Below are positions 49,381 through 58,773 of a stretch of 64,000 nucleotides of DNA, piece after piece. The notes under the pieces are model-generated. The model was given only the letters and a program-made list of their open reading frames with translations. It had not been told where the DNA came from and made no database searches. A program made the position numbers and the translations under genes. The stretch covers positions 2,745 to 66,744 of the forward strand of contig JAQTPC010000004.1 in NCBI GenBank assembly GCA_028713005.1. The letters are read 5' to 3'. Within the stretch, counting starts at the first letter, position 1; the number at the start of each line of letters is the position of its first letter. Source of the DNA: Minisyncoccota bacterium. GTDB taxonomy: Bacteria; Patescibacteriota; Minisyncoccia; Phycocordibacterales; PALSA-1337.

Positions 49381-49470
49381 GCACGTGCCTGAATGGCACG
49401 TGCTTGGGTAGATAGGAACAGTATAGCGTGATTAAAGATTCACGCAAACTAAGTTATCCCCAATCGAGAT

Positions 49471-49905
49471 CTAATTTGCTGTTACTACAACTAGGTTTGA
49501 ACTTGGGTATAGACTCATCTGATTCCCCTTTGATATATAAGGGCGAACACTATATGAATATGTCATACCAGGAACTATCTTGGTATCTACGAATTTTGTA
49601 ACATTTGCTCCAACCTTCGCATACTGCGGTTGCAAAAGATAATTATCACCTGAGCCACGGAAGATCATGTAGCCGCTCTCCTTACTATTTGGGTCGGTCC
49701 ACACAAGCTCAAAAGTTGATGTGGATGTCTGCATTACAGAGATGATTTCAGGTGGAACAATACTACTGCCGGAAAAACCTTTTGCAGCAGCTAGATTTGA
49801 TTCATTGTTCTCTGTGGTCAGCGCAGGCGAACCAGACGTAAAATAGAACAAGGCGACGATAACAGCTATGACGATCACGATGAGCAAGATGTATATTTTT
49901 TTCAT
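49471..49905 (-). CDS. Small secreted fibronectin-III-like domain protein
   Basis: Start trimmed to MKKIYILLIVIV (signal anchor). Contains FELVWTDPN...GYMIFRGSG...YSYSVRPY. Confidence 0.4.
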   Translation of the reverse strand: MKKIYILLIVIVIAVIVALFYFTSGSPALTTENNESNLAAAKGFSGSSIVPPEIISVMQTSTSTFELVWTDPNSKESGYMIFRGSGDNYLLQPQYAKVGANVTKFVDTKIVPGMTYSYSVRPYISKGNQMSLYPSSNLVVVTAN

Positions 49906-49945
49906 ATAAATATGAAGACAATGATAATAGTCATAATGTAACACA

Positions 49946-49972
49946 AAAGCCGCCTGGTATCAGACGGCTTTT
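49946..49972. terminator. Terminator downstream of fusA
   Basis: AAAAGCCGCCTGGTATCAGACGGCTTTT. Confidence 0.5.
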
Positions 49973-49991
49973 GCACAGCCCATTTAGGCTA

Positions 49992-52157
49992 CTACTTCTT
50001 CTTCTCAATAATCTCAGTCTCAACGTTCTTTGGAACCACATCGTAGTGATCGAACTCCATCTGAGCACTTCCCTGACCTGAAGTCATAGAACGGAGATCA
50101 GTGGTATAACCGAACATTTCTGACAATGGAACCTTTGCGTGAATAGCGAGATTCATACCCTTTGGTTCTGAACCTTCGATGAGACCACGCTTTGATGAGA
50201 TAGAACCGATGACGTCACCCATGTATTTTTCTGGACAGACAACTTCGAGCTTCATGATAGGTTCGAGGATGACTGGCTTTGCGCGCTTACATGCAGCTTG
50301 GAAAGCGATAGATGCAGCGATCTTGTAGGCGATTTCTGATGAGTCGACATCGTGGTATGAACCATACGTCAATTCACATTCAATATTAACAAGTCTGAAT
50401 CCTGCGAGGATACCGCGATCCATAGCTTCATGAACACCCTTTTCAACAGCAGGAATGAACTCGCCAGGGATAGCGCCACCAGTGATAGAGTTGATGAAAC
50501 GGAAGTCATCGTAGTTACTAACGTTCTTTGGAACCTTCTCACCTTCTGGCCATGGCAACATCGGCTTGATGTTGAGTTTGACGTGACCATACTGACCTTT
50601 ACCACCAGTCTGTTTGACGTACTTCTCTTCAGCTTCAGCTTCACCGAGAATCGTTTCGCGATATGCCACTTGAGGCTTGCCAACATTTGCTTCGACGGTG
50701 AATTCACGCTTCATACGATCAACCATGATTTCAAGGTGGAGTTCTCCCATACCTGAGATGATTGTCTCACCTGTCTCTTGATTACTTGAGACACGGAATG
50801 TTGGATCTTCATTACCGAGCTTACGGAGAGCAAGACCCATTTTCTCTTGATCAGCCTTTGTCTTTGGTTCGATACGGAGAGAAATAACTGGTTCCATGAA
50901 TTTGATCTTTTCGAGGATGATAGGCTTTTCTTCATCACAGAACGTATGTGAAGTAAGTGCATCTTTGAGACCAACGGCTGCAGCGATCTCGCCTGCAAAA
51001 ACTTTCTTTACCTCTTCACGCTTGTCAGCTTGGAGGCGGACGATACGACCGAGGCGTTCTTTCTTGCCTGTTGTTGAGTTATAGATATATGTACCTGCTT
51101 CGATGGTACCTGAGTACACACGGAAGAATGTGAGCTGTCCGACGAATGGATCGTTCTGGAGTTTGAAAGCGAGAGCTGAGAAAGGTTCACTGTCATCAGC
51201 GTGACGTGCAATCTCTGCACCTGTGTTTGGGTCAATACCTTTGATCGCTGGCATATCGAGTGGTGATGGGAGATAGTCGACAACGGCGTCGAGTACGAGC
51301 TGAACACCAACGTTCTTGAGAGCTGAACCAGTAAACACTGGGAAGATCTTGTTTGCGATAACAGCCTTGCGACAAACTTTCTTGAAATCATCTATAGAGA
51401 TTTCTTTTCCGTCAAGGAAGTTCTGCATAGCAGCATCATCTGTTTCGACAACCTTTTCGATCATCTCTGCGCGATATTTCTTTGCATCTTCGAGCATATC
51501 AGCAGGAATTTCACTTTCGATGATATCGATACCCTTTTCACCTGAGAAGGTATACGCCTTCATACGGAGAAGGTCGACAACACCATGGTGATCTGCCTCT
51601 GTTCCAATAGGAAGCTGGAAACGGACGGCATTCTTATTCAAACGTTCAAGGATAGATTTGTATGACTTTTCGAATGATGCACCCATGCGATCCATCTTGT
51701 TGATGAAACAGAGACGTGGAACATTGGCTTCATCGGCGTAACGCCAATTTGTCTCTGACTGTGGCTCAACACCTGCCACACCGTCGAAGACCACAACCGC
51801 ACCGTCGAGCACGCGGAGAGAACGCTTCACTTCTACGGTGAAATCGATGTGTCCTGGTGTATCGATGATATTGAAACGAACTTTCTGTGAGACATCATCT
51901 TTTCCTGCAGCATCTTTGAGGCCACGTTGATATGTTGGGTTCCAGAAACACGTGATTGCAGCAGCAGTGATAGTGATACCACGTTCACGTTCCTGTTCCA
52001 TCCAGTCAGTAGTTGTTTCACCTGTGTGCACTTCACCGATCTTGTGGATCATACCGGTATAGTAAAGGATACGCTCTGATGTCGTAGTCTTACCAGCATC
52101 GATGTGGGCAATGATGCCGAAGTTTCGCATTCTCTCAAGTGGGTAATCGCGTTGCAT
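49992..52157 (-). CDS. fusA: Elongation factor G
   Basis: AHIDAGKTTTSERIL, DTPGHIDF, 721 aa. Confidence 0.95.
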   Translation of the reverse strand: MQRDYPLERMRNFGIIAHIDAGKTTTSERILYYTGMIHKIGEVHTGETTTDWMEQERERGITITAAAITCFWNPTYQRGLKDAAGKDDVSQKVRFNIIDTPGHIDFTVEVKRSLRVLDGAVVVFDGVAGVEPQSETNWRYADEANVPRLCFINKMDRMGASFEKSYKSILERLNKNAVRFQLPIGTEADHHGVVDLLRMKAYTFSGEKGIDIIESEIPADMLEDAKKYRAEMIEKVVETDDAAMQNFLDGKEISIDDFKKVCRKAVIANKIFPVFTGSALKNVGVQLVLDAVVDYLPSPLDMPAIKGIDPNTGAEIARHADDSEPFSALAFKLQNDPFVGQLTFFRVYSGTIEAGTYIYNSTTGKKERLGRIVRLQADKREEVKKVFAGEIAAAVGLKDALTSHTFCDEEKPIILEKIKFMEPVISLRIEPKTKADQEKMGLALRKLGNEDPTFRVSSNQETGETIISGMGELHLEIMVDRMKREFTVEANVGKPQVAYRETILGEAEAEEKYVKQTGGKGQYGHVKLNIKPMLPWPEGEKVPKNVSNYDDFRFINSITGGAIPGEFIPAVEKGVHEAMDRGILAGFRLVNIECELTYGSYHDVDSSEIAYKIAASIAFQAACKRAKPVILEPIMKLEVVCPEKYMGDVIGSISSKRGLIEGSEPKGMNLAIHAKVPLSEMFGYTTDLRSMTSGQGSAQMEFDHYDVVPKNVETEIIEKKK

Positions 52158-52357
52158 GTGTTTGTTTGATAATTGTCGGGCCGTTTATGATAAATGTGGC
52201 CTAAGAATTGATGATAAATTAAAAAAGCGAGTCGCCTTTAGTAAGGGATAATGTACAGGAAAAGGCTGAAATAATCAAATAGATGAGTGCCTGCAAATAA
52301 ACACCGTAATAGACCACCTCCTTCCCCGTCATTCTATATATGTAGTAAGATAATCAC

Positions 52358-52615
52358 ATGCAAACACTTATTCATGCAGACATATTCTTCTTTATTAGCA
52401 CAATCGCACTCGTTATTATCAGTATCGGCATAGTCATTGCACTCATCTTTATCATCTTGATCCTCAAAAATCTGCACCGACTCTCGGAAACAGTTCGTAC
52501 AGAAGCTGGACATATAGCAGAAGATATCGATGCTATGCGCGCAAAAGCTAAAGGTTTTAGTTGGGGCATAGCGTTCAAGATATTTAAAAGTCTTTTTACT
52601 AATAGAAATAAATAA
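52358..52615 (+). CDS. DUF948-like small membrane protein
   Basis: One N-terminal TM helix followed by a coiled-coil region. Paired with a YtxH-like gene. Confidence 0.45.
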   Translation: MQTLIHADIFFFISTIALVIISIGIVIALIFIILILKNLHRLSETVRTEAGHIAEDIDAMRAKAKGFSWGIAFKIFKSLFTNRNK

Positions 52616-52627
52616 TACTCATACATT

Positions 52628-53002
52628 ATGAATAAAATCCCTGAACACAAACACTCGCACGCTCTCGGTATCGGAGTTGGTATTGCTGCTTTGGCTGCTG
52701 CAGCCGCTGGAGCCTACTATCTCTATGGTTCTGATAAGTCAGCGAAAAATCGTAAACATGTCAAAAGCTGGATGCTCAAAATGAAAGCAGAGGTTATGGA
52801 TCATGTCGAAAACATGAAAGATCTTAGTCAAAATGCCTACAATAAAATTATAGACGAAGTCAGTGATAAGTACTCAAAGATAAAAGATATTGATACAGAC
52901 GAACTCAAGTCCCTCGCCGAACGAATGAAATCGCACTGGAAAGAAATTCAGGCTGACATCAGCGAAACAGTTGGCCCGGAAATTGAAAAGGTAATAAAAT
53001 AA
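52628..53002 (+). CDS. YtxH-like general-stress-type membrane protein
   Basis: N-terminal GIGVGIAALAAAAAGAYYL (GxxxG TM), followed by charged helical regions. Confidence 0.45.
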   Translation: MNKIPEHKHSHALGIGVGIAALAAAAAGAYYLYGSDKSAKNRKHVKSWMLKMKAEVMDHVENMKDLSQNAYNKIIDEVSDKYSKIKDIDTDELKSLAERMKSHWKEIQADISETVGPEIEKVIK

Positions 53003-53012
53003 ATATCTTAAG

Positions 53013-53042
53013 CAAACAAAAATCACCCCGCCGGGGTGATTT
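53013..53042. terminator. Bidirectional terminator
   Basis: AAAAATCACCCCGCCGGGGTGATTTTTG. Confidence 0.55.
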
Positions 53043-53078
53043 TTGTTTATCCTAATTAAATGAAAATACGAGATTCCA

Positions 53079-53549
53079 TTACCAAGCAAAGTGAGCAAAA
53101 GCCTTGTTGGCTTCAGCCATCTTATGAACGTTTTCACGTTTCTTGACTGCTTCACCTTCATTCTTTGAAGCGGCAATGATCTCATCAGCGAGCTTGAGGT
53201 GCATAGGCTTTCCCTTCTTGCCACGAGCAGCTTCAACGATCCATTTCATTGAGAGAGCATTTTTGCGCTCTGGACGAACTTCACGAGGAACCTGGTAGTT
53301 TGCACCACCGACACGACGTGAGCGAACTTCCATAGCTGGAGTAGTGTTCTTGAGAGCCAATTCGAAGACTTCGATTGGGTTCTCAACCTTTGCCATATCT
53401 TTGATCGCAGTCATACAATCATAGACGATTGTGCGTGCAACGTTCTTCTTACCCTCTTGCATGACGTAGTTGATGAACTTTGAGACTTTGAGAGAATCAA
53501 ACTGTGCATCTGGTCTAAGGTCGCGCTTTATATTTCTTTTTCTTCGCAT
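53079..53549 (-). CDS. rpsG: 30S ribosomal protein S7
   Basis: MRRKRNIKRDLRPDAQFDS... Confidence 0.9.
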   Translation of the reverse strand: MRRKRNIKRDLRPDAQFDSLKVSKFINYVMQEGKKNVARTIVYDCMTAIKDMAKVENPIEVFELALKNTTPAMEVRSRRVGGANYQVPREVRPERKNALSMKWIVEAARGKKGKPMHLKLADEIIAASKNEGEAVKKRENVHKMAEANKAFAHFAW

Positions 53550-53580
53550 AGTAGTATGTTAGTTAAATATTAGAGTGGTA

Positions 53581-54000
53581 TTAAGCCTTCGCTGCCTTTG
53601 GCTTCTTGTTACCATATTGACTGCGACCTTTGCGACGCTTTTCTACACCTGCTGCATCGAGCACGCCACGAACAACTGAATAACGGAGACCGACGTCTTT
53701 GACGCGACCACCACGGAGGAGAACAACTGAGTGTTCCTGGAGGTTGTGACCTTCACCTGGGACGTATGCGGTAACTTCGATACCATTTGAAAGGCGAACA
53801 CGAGCGATCTTGCGGATAGCTGAGTTAGGCTTCTTTGGTGTCTTTGTTGTTACTTTGACACATACACCACGCTTGAATGGCGCTGGATAAAATGATGGGC
53901 GGTTTTCAATACTGTTGAACGTACGAGTGAGTGCAATAGACTTACTCTTACGCTTGAAACTGACACGACCACGCTTTGTGAGCTGGTTAATTGTAGGCAT
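53581..54000 (-). CDS. rpsL: 30S ribosomal protein S12
   Basis: MPTINQL...[21 protein letters not shown]...[10 protein letters not shown]. Confidence 0.9.
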   Translation of the reverse strand: MPTINQLTKRGRVSFKRKSKSIALTRTFNSIENRPSFYPAPFKRGVCVKVTTKTPKKPNSAIRKIARVRLSNGIEVTAYVPGEGHNLQEHSVVLLRGGRVKDVGLRYSVVRGVLDAAGVEKRRKGRSQYGNKKPKAAKA

Positions 54001-54056
54001 TAATATGCTTAGTTAAATTGTGGCAAACTGAATTCTTCACCGCTCAGAGCTTGAGT

Positions 54057-54074
54057 GTCCTTATATATAAGGAC
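54057..54074. promoter_or_regulatory. Perfect 18-bp palindrome GTCCTTATATATAAGGAC upstream of rpsL
   Basis: Seen in sequence. It lies about 57 bp upstream of the rpsL start, and a GCCCGGGGC palindrome follows. Confidence 0.35.
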
Positions 54075-54165
54075 TGCCCGGGGCGATTACTCACTTTGCC
54101 TTGATAATGTACCAATCTTTCAAGTTTTAGGACCCAAAAGACAGTGGAGGGACTATAACATAGAG

Positions 54166-54777
54166 CTAAAGGCCTGTAAACAACCTAAACACATACGGCA
54201 CGATCGGTGAGATAAACTGCCAAACAAATAACACAACAATAAGCACCCAGATAGGCGCATAAGCTTCGAGAAGATGACGAATGCGACCATATTGATCAGG
54301 TAATACAGTAAAAAGGAGCTTAGAACCATCAAGTGGTGGCAATGGGATGAGATTGAAAACGGCCAAAACAATATTGATGACTACTATATATGATGCTACA
54401 TCGACAAATGATGCTACCCCTGAGGTAACCGTCATGCTTGTTGCAATATAACGAATAATCAAACTGAAAATAAGTGCAATTGAAATATTGGAAGCTGGTC
54501 CCGCAAGAGCAATGAGGAACTCCCCTATCCTCCTGTTCTTGAGATTGTATGGGTTATAAGGAACAGGCTTCGCCCAACCAAAGGTAAAACCTGACAAAGA
54601 GGTAATGAGTGGAACAACAATAGAACCTATCGGATCAATATGTTTTATCGGGTTGAGGGTCAGTCTCCCCTGTAGACGTGCTGTTGGGTCACCGAGATAG
54701 TTGGCCATATAACCGTGAGCGACCTCATGGATAATAACTGAGAATATAAGGATGACAATTGAAATAAGTGTAATCAT
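54166..54777 (-). CDS. Site-2-protease (M50) family membrane zinc metalloprotease
   Basis: HEVAHG (HExxH) in the first TM region, polytopic, with an NLIPLPPLDG motif. Confidence 0.7.
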   Translation of the reverse strand: MITLISIVILIFSVIIHEVAHGYMANYLGDPTARLQGRLTLNPIKHIDPIGSIVVPLITSLSGFTFGWAKPVPYNPYNLKNRRIGEFLIALAGPASNISIALIFSLIIRYIATSMTVTSGVASFVDVASYIVVINIVLAVFNLIPLPPLDGSKLLFTVLPDQYGRIRHLLEAYAPIWVLIVVLFVWQFISPIVPYVFRLFTGL

Positions 54778-54857
54778 ATTGAGACTCTATTGTACCAGCA
54801 CTTGCAGAATATAGAAATAATGCTATGATGTCCGGACACAACTTTTAAACAAACTAT

Positions 54858-55103
54858 ATGGCCAGAATCTGTCAAATAACTAAAGTAGGATCAGTCGTCG
54901 GAGGACGATACTCAAACCGCACTCGTGCGACTCAGTTCAACCCATGCGGCAATATCCGCCGTTACCCAAATCTTCAGAAAAAGAAGATCTATGTTCCTGA
55001 ACTAAAGAAGTCATTCCCCCTCGTTGTTTCAGCTCGTGGACTCCGCACTATCCAGAAGAAAGGACCATTCAAAGCTCTCCGCGACGCAGGTATCATCAAA
55101 TAA
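54858..55103 (+). CDS. rpmB: 50S ribosomal protein L28
   Basis: MARICQITKV...YSNRTRATQF.P..., 81 aa and basic. Confidence 0.7.
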   Translation: MARICQITKVGSVVGGRYSNRTRATQFNPCGNIRRYPNLQKKKIYVPELKKSFPLVVSARGLRTIQKKGPFKALRDAGIIK

Positions 55104-55106
55104 CCA

Positions 55107-56021
55107 CTACCTAACCTCCACGGACTCTCCGTCAGAAAGCACCCTTATGGTGTTTTTTTGTTTTAAATTCAAGCGATGATCATCGAGAATCATATAAAGT
55201 GGGTCAACATTTTTAATCTTTGAAACACGGCTTGATATTTTACTTGAAGATTGGGCGCTTGTGATAGCCTGGGTATAGACAATAAACTCTGGCTGAACTG
55301 CATTCACTAAATCCAATGAGAGAGCGCTGGCTGATGCGCTATGTGGAATAATTAAAACATTTGCCATGGGCGAAGCTTTTGCAATAAACTTTTGTATCTT
55401 TGTACTTACATCCCCTATCAACAGGAAAGCTGTACGGCCATAAGTTATTTTTAAAACTAACTCAGGCACCGAAGCTTTTGAATAGCTAAATTGTTTTGAG
55501 GTTGTCGAATGCATCGACGCAACATCCTCGCTATCAAGAGCAGGAAAAAGAACATCTACCTTGAAATGAGAGTGCTCGATAGTATCCCCCATTTTTACTT
55601 CTTTAATAGGAATATGTGATGCACTGACTGTGTTCATAAATGTCTCGTAAATCTCATCTGTTGAGCTAGCTAAACCAAGACTTCTGGTTGTGATAGCAGG
55701 AATAATAATTGACCCCACCTTATATCTATTTATGACATCTATGAGTCCAGTAACATTATTTGCATCATCATTTGTAAGCACAACCATATCAATCCGTCTT
55801 GAATAGAAAGGGATGACTTTTGTTATATAGCGAATAGCATCACTATTTGCTCCGCCATTTATCAACACCCTTTCATCTTGGGGAGTACGAATAAAAATTG
55901 CTGGTTTACCTTTCGTATTAAAAACGTACAATTCAAAACGTAGAGGCACGACACTGATATGCCATATGTACGCACTGATACTGGCAACTATTACTATTGA
56001 TATAAGAAGATATTTGATCAT
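55107..56021 (-). CDS. ComEC/Rec2-related MBL-fold domain protein (stand-alone, N-terminal TM, degenerate metal motif)
   Basis: The KPAIFIRTPQDERVLINGGANSD...RIDMVVLTNDDANNVTGL pattern parallels the ComEC C-terminal lactamase_B domain. The HxHxDH motif is replaced by TNDDAN. Confidence 0.55.
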   Translation of the reverse strand: MIKYLLISIVIVASISAYIWHISVVPLRFELYVFNTKGKPAIFIRTPQDERVLINGGANSDAIRYITKVIPFYSRRIDMVVLTNDDANNVTGLIDVINRYKVGSIIIPAITTRSLGLASSTDEIYETFMNTVSASHIPIKEVKMGDTIEHSHFKVDVLFPALDSEDVASMHSTTSKQFSYSKASVPELVLKITYGRTAFLLIGDVSTKIQKFIAKASPMANVLIIPHSASASALSLDLVNAVQPEFIVYTQAITSAQSSSKISSRVSKIKNVDPLYMILDDHRLNLKQKNTIRVLSDGESVEVR

Positions 56022-56024
56022 CTG

Positions 56025-56039
56025 CTAGGTCCGACCTAG
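56025..56039. repeat. 15-bp perfect palindrome CTAGGTCCGACCTAG (copy 1)
   Basis: Seen in sequence. It lies 4 bp upstream of the start codon of 55107..56021. Confidence 0.8.
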
Positions 56040-56112
56040 ATGCAACAAGTAGATTAACAAGTCAAAATAAAATATATATAAAAAACATCTCAAGAATAGA
56101 TAAAGGTTTTTA

Positions 56113-56127
56113 CTAGGTCCGACCTAG
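56113..56127. repeat. 15-bp perfect palindrome CTAGGTCCGACCTAG (copy 2)
   Basis: Seen in sequence. It lies 44 bp upstream of the sod start. Confidence 0.8.
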
Positions 56128-56170
56128 CAAAAAATGGTAAAATAAACTTAATAATTAACTTAAAAAATAT

Positions 56171-56770
56171 ATGAAACTATACACAGCAAAAAAATTTGAA
56201 ATACCTACTCTCAAGGGCATATCTGCAAAGTCTATCGGTGAGCACATAAACCTTTATCTTGGCTATGTAAAAAACCTAAACCTTATTGATGAAAAGCGTC
56301 TTGAGTATAAAAAAGATCGTGAAGCAAATGCATATGTTTTAGGCGAACTCAGACGTAGACTTAGTTTTGAATACAATGGTATGCGTAACCATGAAGTATA
56401 TTTTTCTTCCCTTGAAGGTGGTCCAAAAGACATAGATCCAAGTGGAGATCTCAAAAAAGCTATTGAAACTGATTGTGGACCGTTCGATGAATTTCTTAGT
56501 GGATTCAAGTCTGTCGCATCAACTGTTCGTGGTATCGGTTGGATGGTGCTCTGGTATGACAAAAAAGATGATCGTTTGCTCACCTCATGGATAGATGAGC
56601 AACATTTGGGTCAACTCAATGGTTGCGACATGATACTTGCGATCGATATGTGGGAACACTCATACGTCGCTGATTATCAGCCATCAGGAAAGAAACAGTA
56701 CGTGGAAGACTATTTCGCCAACCTTAATTGGTCAGTGATTGAGGAGAATTTCAAGAGAGCAAAGAAGTAA
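56171..56770 (+). CDS. sod: Fe/Mn superoxide dismutase-family protein
   Basis: C-terminal DMWEHSYVADY (D-x-W-E-H-A-Y) and the overall SOD architecture. The N-terminal His pattern is partly divergent. Confidence 0.7.
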   Translation: MKLYTAKKFEIPTLKGISAKSIGEHINLYLGYVKNLNLIDEKRLEYKKDREANAYVLGELRRRLSFEYNGMRNHEVYFSSLEGGPKDIDPSGDLKKAIETDCGPFDEFLSGFKSVASTVRGIGWMVLWYDKKDDRLLTSWIDEQHLGQLNGCDMILAIDMWEHSYVADYQPSGKKQYVEDYFANLNWSVIEENFKRAKK

Positions 56771-56791
56771 GCCGGTCAATAATATCTATAT

Positions 56792-56832
56792 AATAAAAAA
56801 CCGTGTGCTGATAATTGGCACACGGTTTTGTT
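56792..56832. terminator. Bidirectional terminator
   Basis: AAAACCGTGTGC-TGATAATTG-GCACACGGTTTT. Confidence 0.5.
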
Positions 56833-56847
56833 TTTACTCAACAACTT

Positions 56848-57258
56848 TCAAATGAGGGGCATCCGACAGACCGGACAAACACGAAGCCCGCTACCGTCAG
56901 GTGAATCGAGCCCCGACGTTCCCCAGTTACACACCATGCACGTTTTGGGAATAATGGGCCCCGAACTTTTTTCCCCTTGCAATAACCGAGAAGCCCCGAT
57001 AATCATCCTGAAGGGATAGAGGATAATAGTAGGTGGAACATTATTCTTTTTAGCGACAGTAACGAACGCTGCCATTTGGTTTGCTTCGCGATTCGAGTCG
57101 TGAACCTGCAAGTTGTGACGTGCCTTAACCTCGCCAACAAGCTTCACGTGTCCGTAGCGCTTGCAGAGCAATTCGGCAATTTGAACATCAATCTCATCGA
57201 TATTGTGACGTTGCACTGCAATGAGAGTATGCGGATCTTCGGCAATAGTCTGACTCAT
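56848..57258 (-). CDS. Chorismate mutase (AroQ)-like domain protein with C-terminal CxxC...CxxC zinc-ribbon tail
   Basis: IDEIDVQIAELLCKRYGHVKLVGEVK resembles the AroQ helix 1. C-terminal CMVCNW...CPVCRMP. Confidence 0.4.
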   Translation of the reverse strand: MSQTIAEDPHTLIAVQRHNIDEIDVQIAELLCKRYGHVKLVGEVKARHNLQVHDSNREANQMAAFVTVAKKNNVPPTIILYPFRMIIGASRLLQGEKSSGPIIPKTCMVCNWGTSGLDSPDGSGLRVCPVCRMPLI

Positions 57259-57272
57259 AATTAGATATAGTT

Positions 57273-58703
57273 TTAAATGGTTCCAGTTGTTTCTGATGAA
57301 AAACTACTACTTAAGGTGAACTTAGTCAACAGTTTATACAATTTAAACTTAATCACGAAAAACACCACATAAAACCCAACTACCCACCAGCCTGAAAACT
57401 GCGGAAATGTCAGTGACGCATATGGCACTCGAGCAAAACTCTCAACAATGAACAGTTCATACGTGAGGAGAAGGTGTGCGCCCCACGCACATATTTGTGA
57501 AACAACTGAAGATATGAGACCGAGCGCACCGGTAAGGAAGACGGCAAGCATTGTAAGCGGTATAAATGGCAATACAAGAATATTTGCGACCACTCCTATG
57601 ATCGAGATCTGTCCCATCATATATAGTATAAAGGGTGAAACGAATATTTGAGTGGCGAACGTAGCAGCAAATATTCCACGCATACCGAACTTTTCTGGCA
57701 CAAAATAAAATACTTTTTCGAGCGGTGTTGCAAGAAGTATGAGTCCGAGCGTTGCCAGAAATGAAAGTTGAAATGAGGGATCATGCAGGAGAATTAGTGG
57801 ATTTTGTATGAGCATGAGGCAACCAGCAAATAGTAATGCTCGAGCTACATGATAATCTCTACGAATGATATTTGCCCCAAGTGCTATGCTCGCCATGAAA
57901 CAAGAACGCACCACAGTTGCGCCACCACCTACAAGTACGCCGAACAAAATCATACCGATACCTCCAATCACGATACCCCATAATCTAGGTAAGCGTGCGA
58001 GAAGTCGACGCAAAGCATCTGCAACTATGGTGATATTGAATCCTGAAAGTACTACGATATGAATGAGCCCAACAGTCCGAAAATCATTGAGTAAATCTTT
58101 TCCGAGGGCACTTTTTTCTCCGACCACTAGACCTGCGGCCAAAGCTGAATGTGGTTCACCAAGAGTTTGGTTTAGGTTATTTACAAAACTTCTTTTTATT
58201 TTATACAGTACTGAAGTTATCCATTGTGATACTCCTGCAACATTCGCATTCTCATTTGCATCGCTTATGACCTGTGCACTCTTTATCTCGTAAAAAATAT
58301 CTTCTTTTGCAAGATACCCTTTGTAGTCAAAAGCTCGACCTGTATTACTTTTAAAATTAAATGGCGCGGACAGATTACCTGAAAAATAAATCTGATCCGC
58401 ATAATGAAACCGGGGATATAATTTTGTTTTCATTCGAATCAAAATATTTCCGGAACATGTTTCAACCTTTGCAGTATCATCTATAGATGAACTTAATTGA
58501 TCCAAAGAAATATTCTGCGCTTTCACTACAAGCACCTGGCCACTCTCAGAAAATGAAGGATCTTTCACTATAGTTCCATATCCATAAACAGTATGTTTTA
58601 AACAGGAACCAATATCAGAAATATATTGGTGTAGTGATAACGATACTCGAAGTCCTGCAAGACCAATAATGATTGTCCAAAATATAATAACTCGTTTATT
58701 CAC
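57273..58703 (-). CDS. comEC: ComEC/Rec2 competence channel protein (DUF4131 + competence domain), lacking the C-terminal MBL domain
   Basis: Polytopic. GLIHIVVLSGFNITIV...FQLSFLATLGLILL matches the ComEC competence domain. Confidence 0.75.
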   Translation of the reverse strand: MNKRVIIFWTIIIGLAGLRVSLSLHQYISDIGSCLKHTVYGYGTIVKDPSFSESGQVLVVKAQNISLDQLSSSIDDTAKVETCSGNILIRMKTKLYPRFHYADQIYFSGNLSAPFNFKSNTGRAFDYKGYLAKEDIFYEIKSAQVISDANENANVAGVSQWITSVLYKIKRSFVNNLNQTLGEPHSALAAGLVVGEKSALGKDLLNDFRTVGLIHIVVLSGFNITIVADALRRLLARLPRLWGIVIGGIGMILFGVLVGGGATVVRSCFMASIALGANIIRRDYHVARALLFAGCLMLIQNPLILLHDPSFQLSFLATLGLILLATPLEKVFYFVPEKFGMRGIFAATFATQIFVSPFILYMMGQISIIGVVANILVLPFIPLTMLAVFLTGALGLISSVVSQICAWGAHLLLTYELFIVESFARVPYASLTFPQFSGWWVVGFYVVFFVIKFKLYKLLTKFTLSSSFSSETTGTI

Positions 58704-58773
58704 AACGAGTCATAGTACAACTGCAAAATAAATTTTTGATGAAATAATAATCAAGAACCGATGAAGGAATTTC

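Noticed and set aside
56025-56127. CRISPR array interpretation of the repeated CTAGGTCCGACCTAG copies
   Set aside because: Only three copies exist, with irregular spacing (88 bp and 2.6 kb). Each is a perfect palindrome lying in promoter or terminator positions, and there are no cas genes. They are not a CRISPR array.
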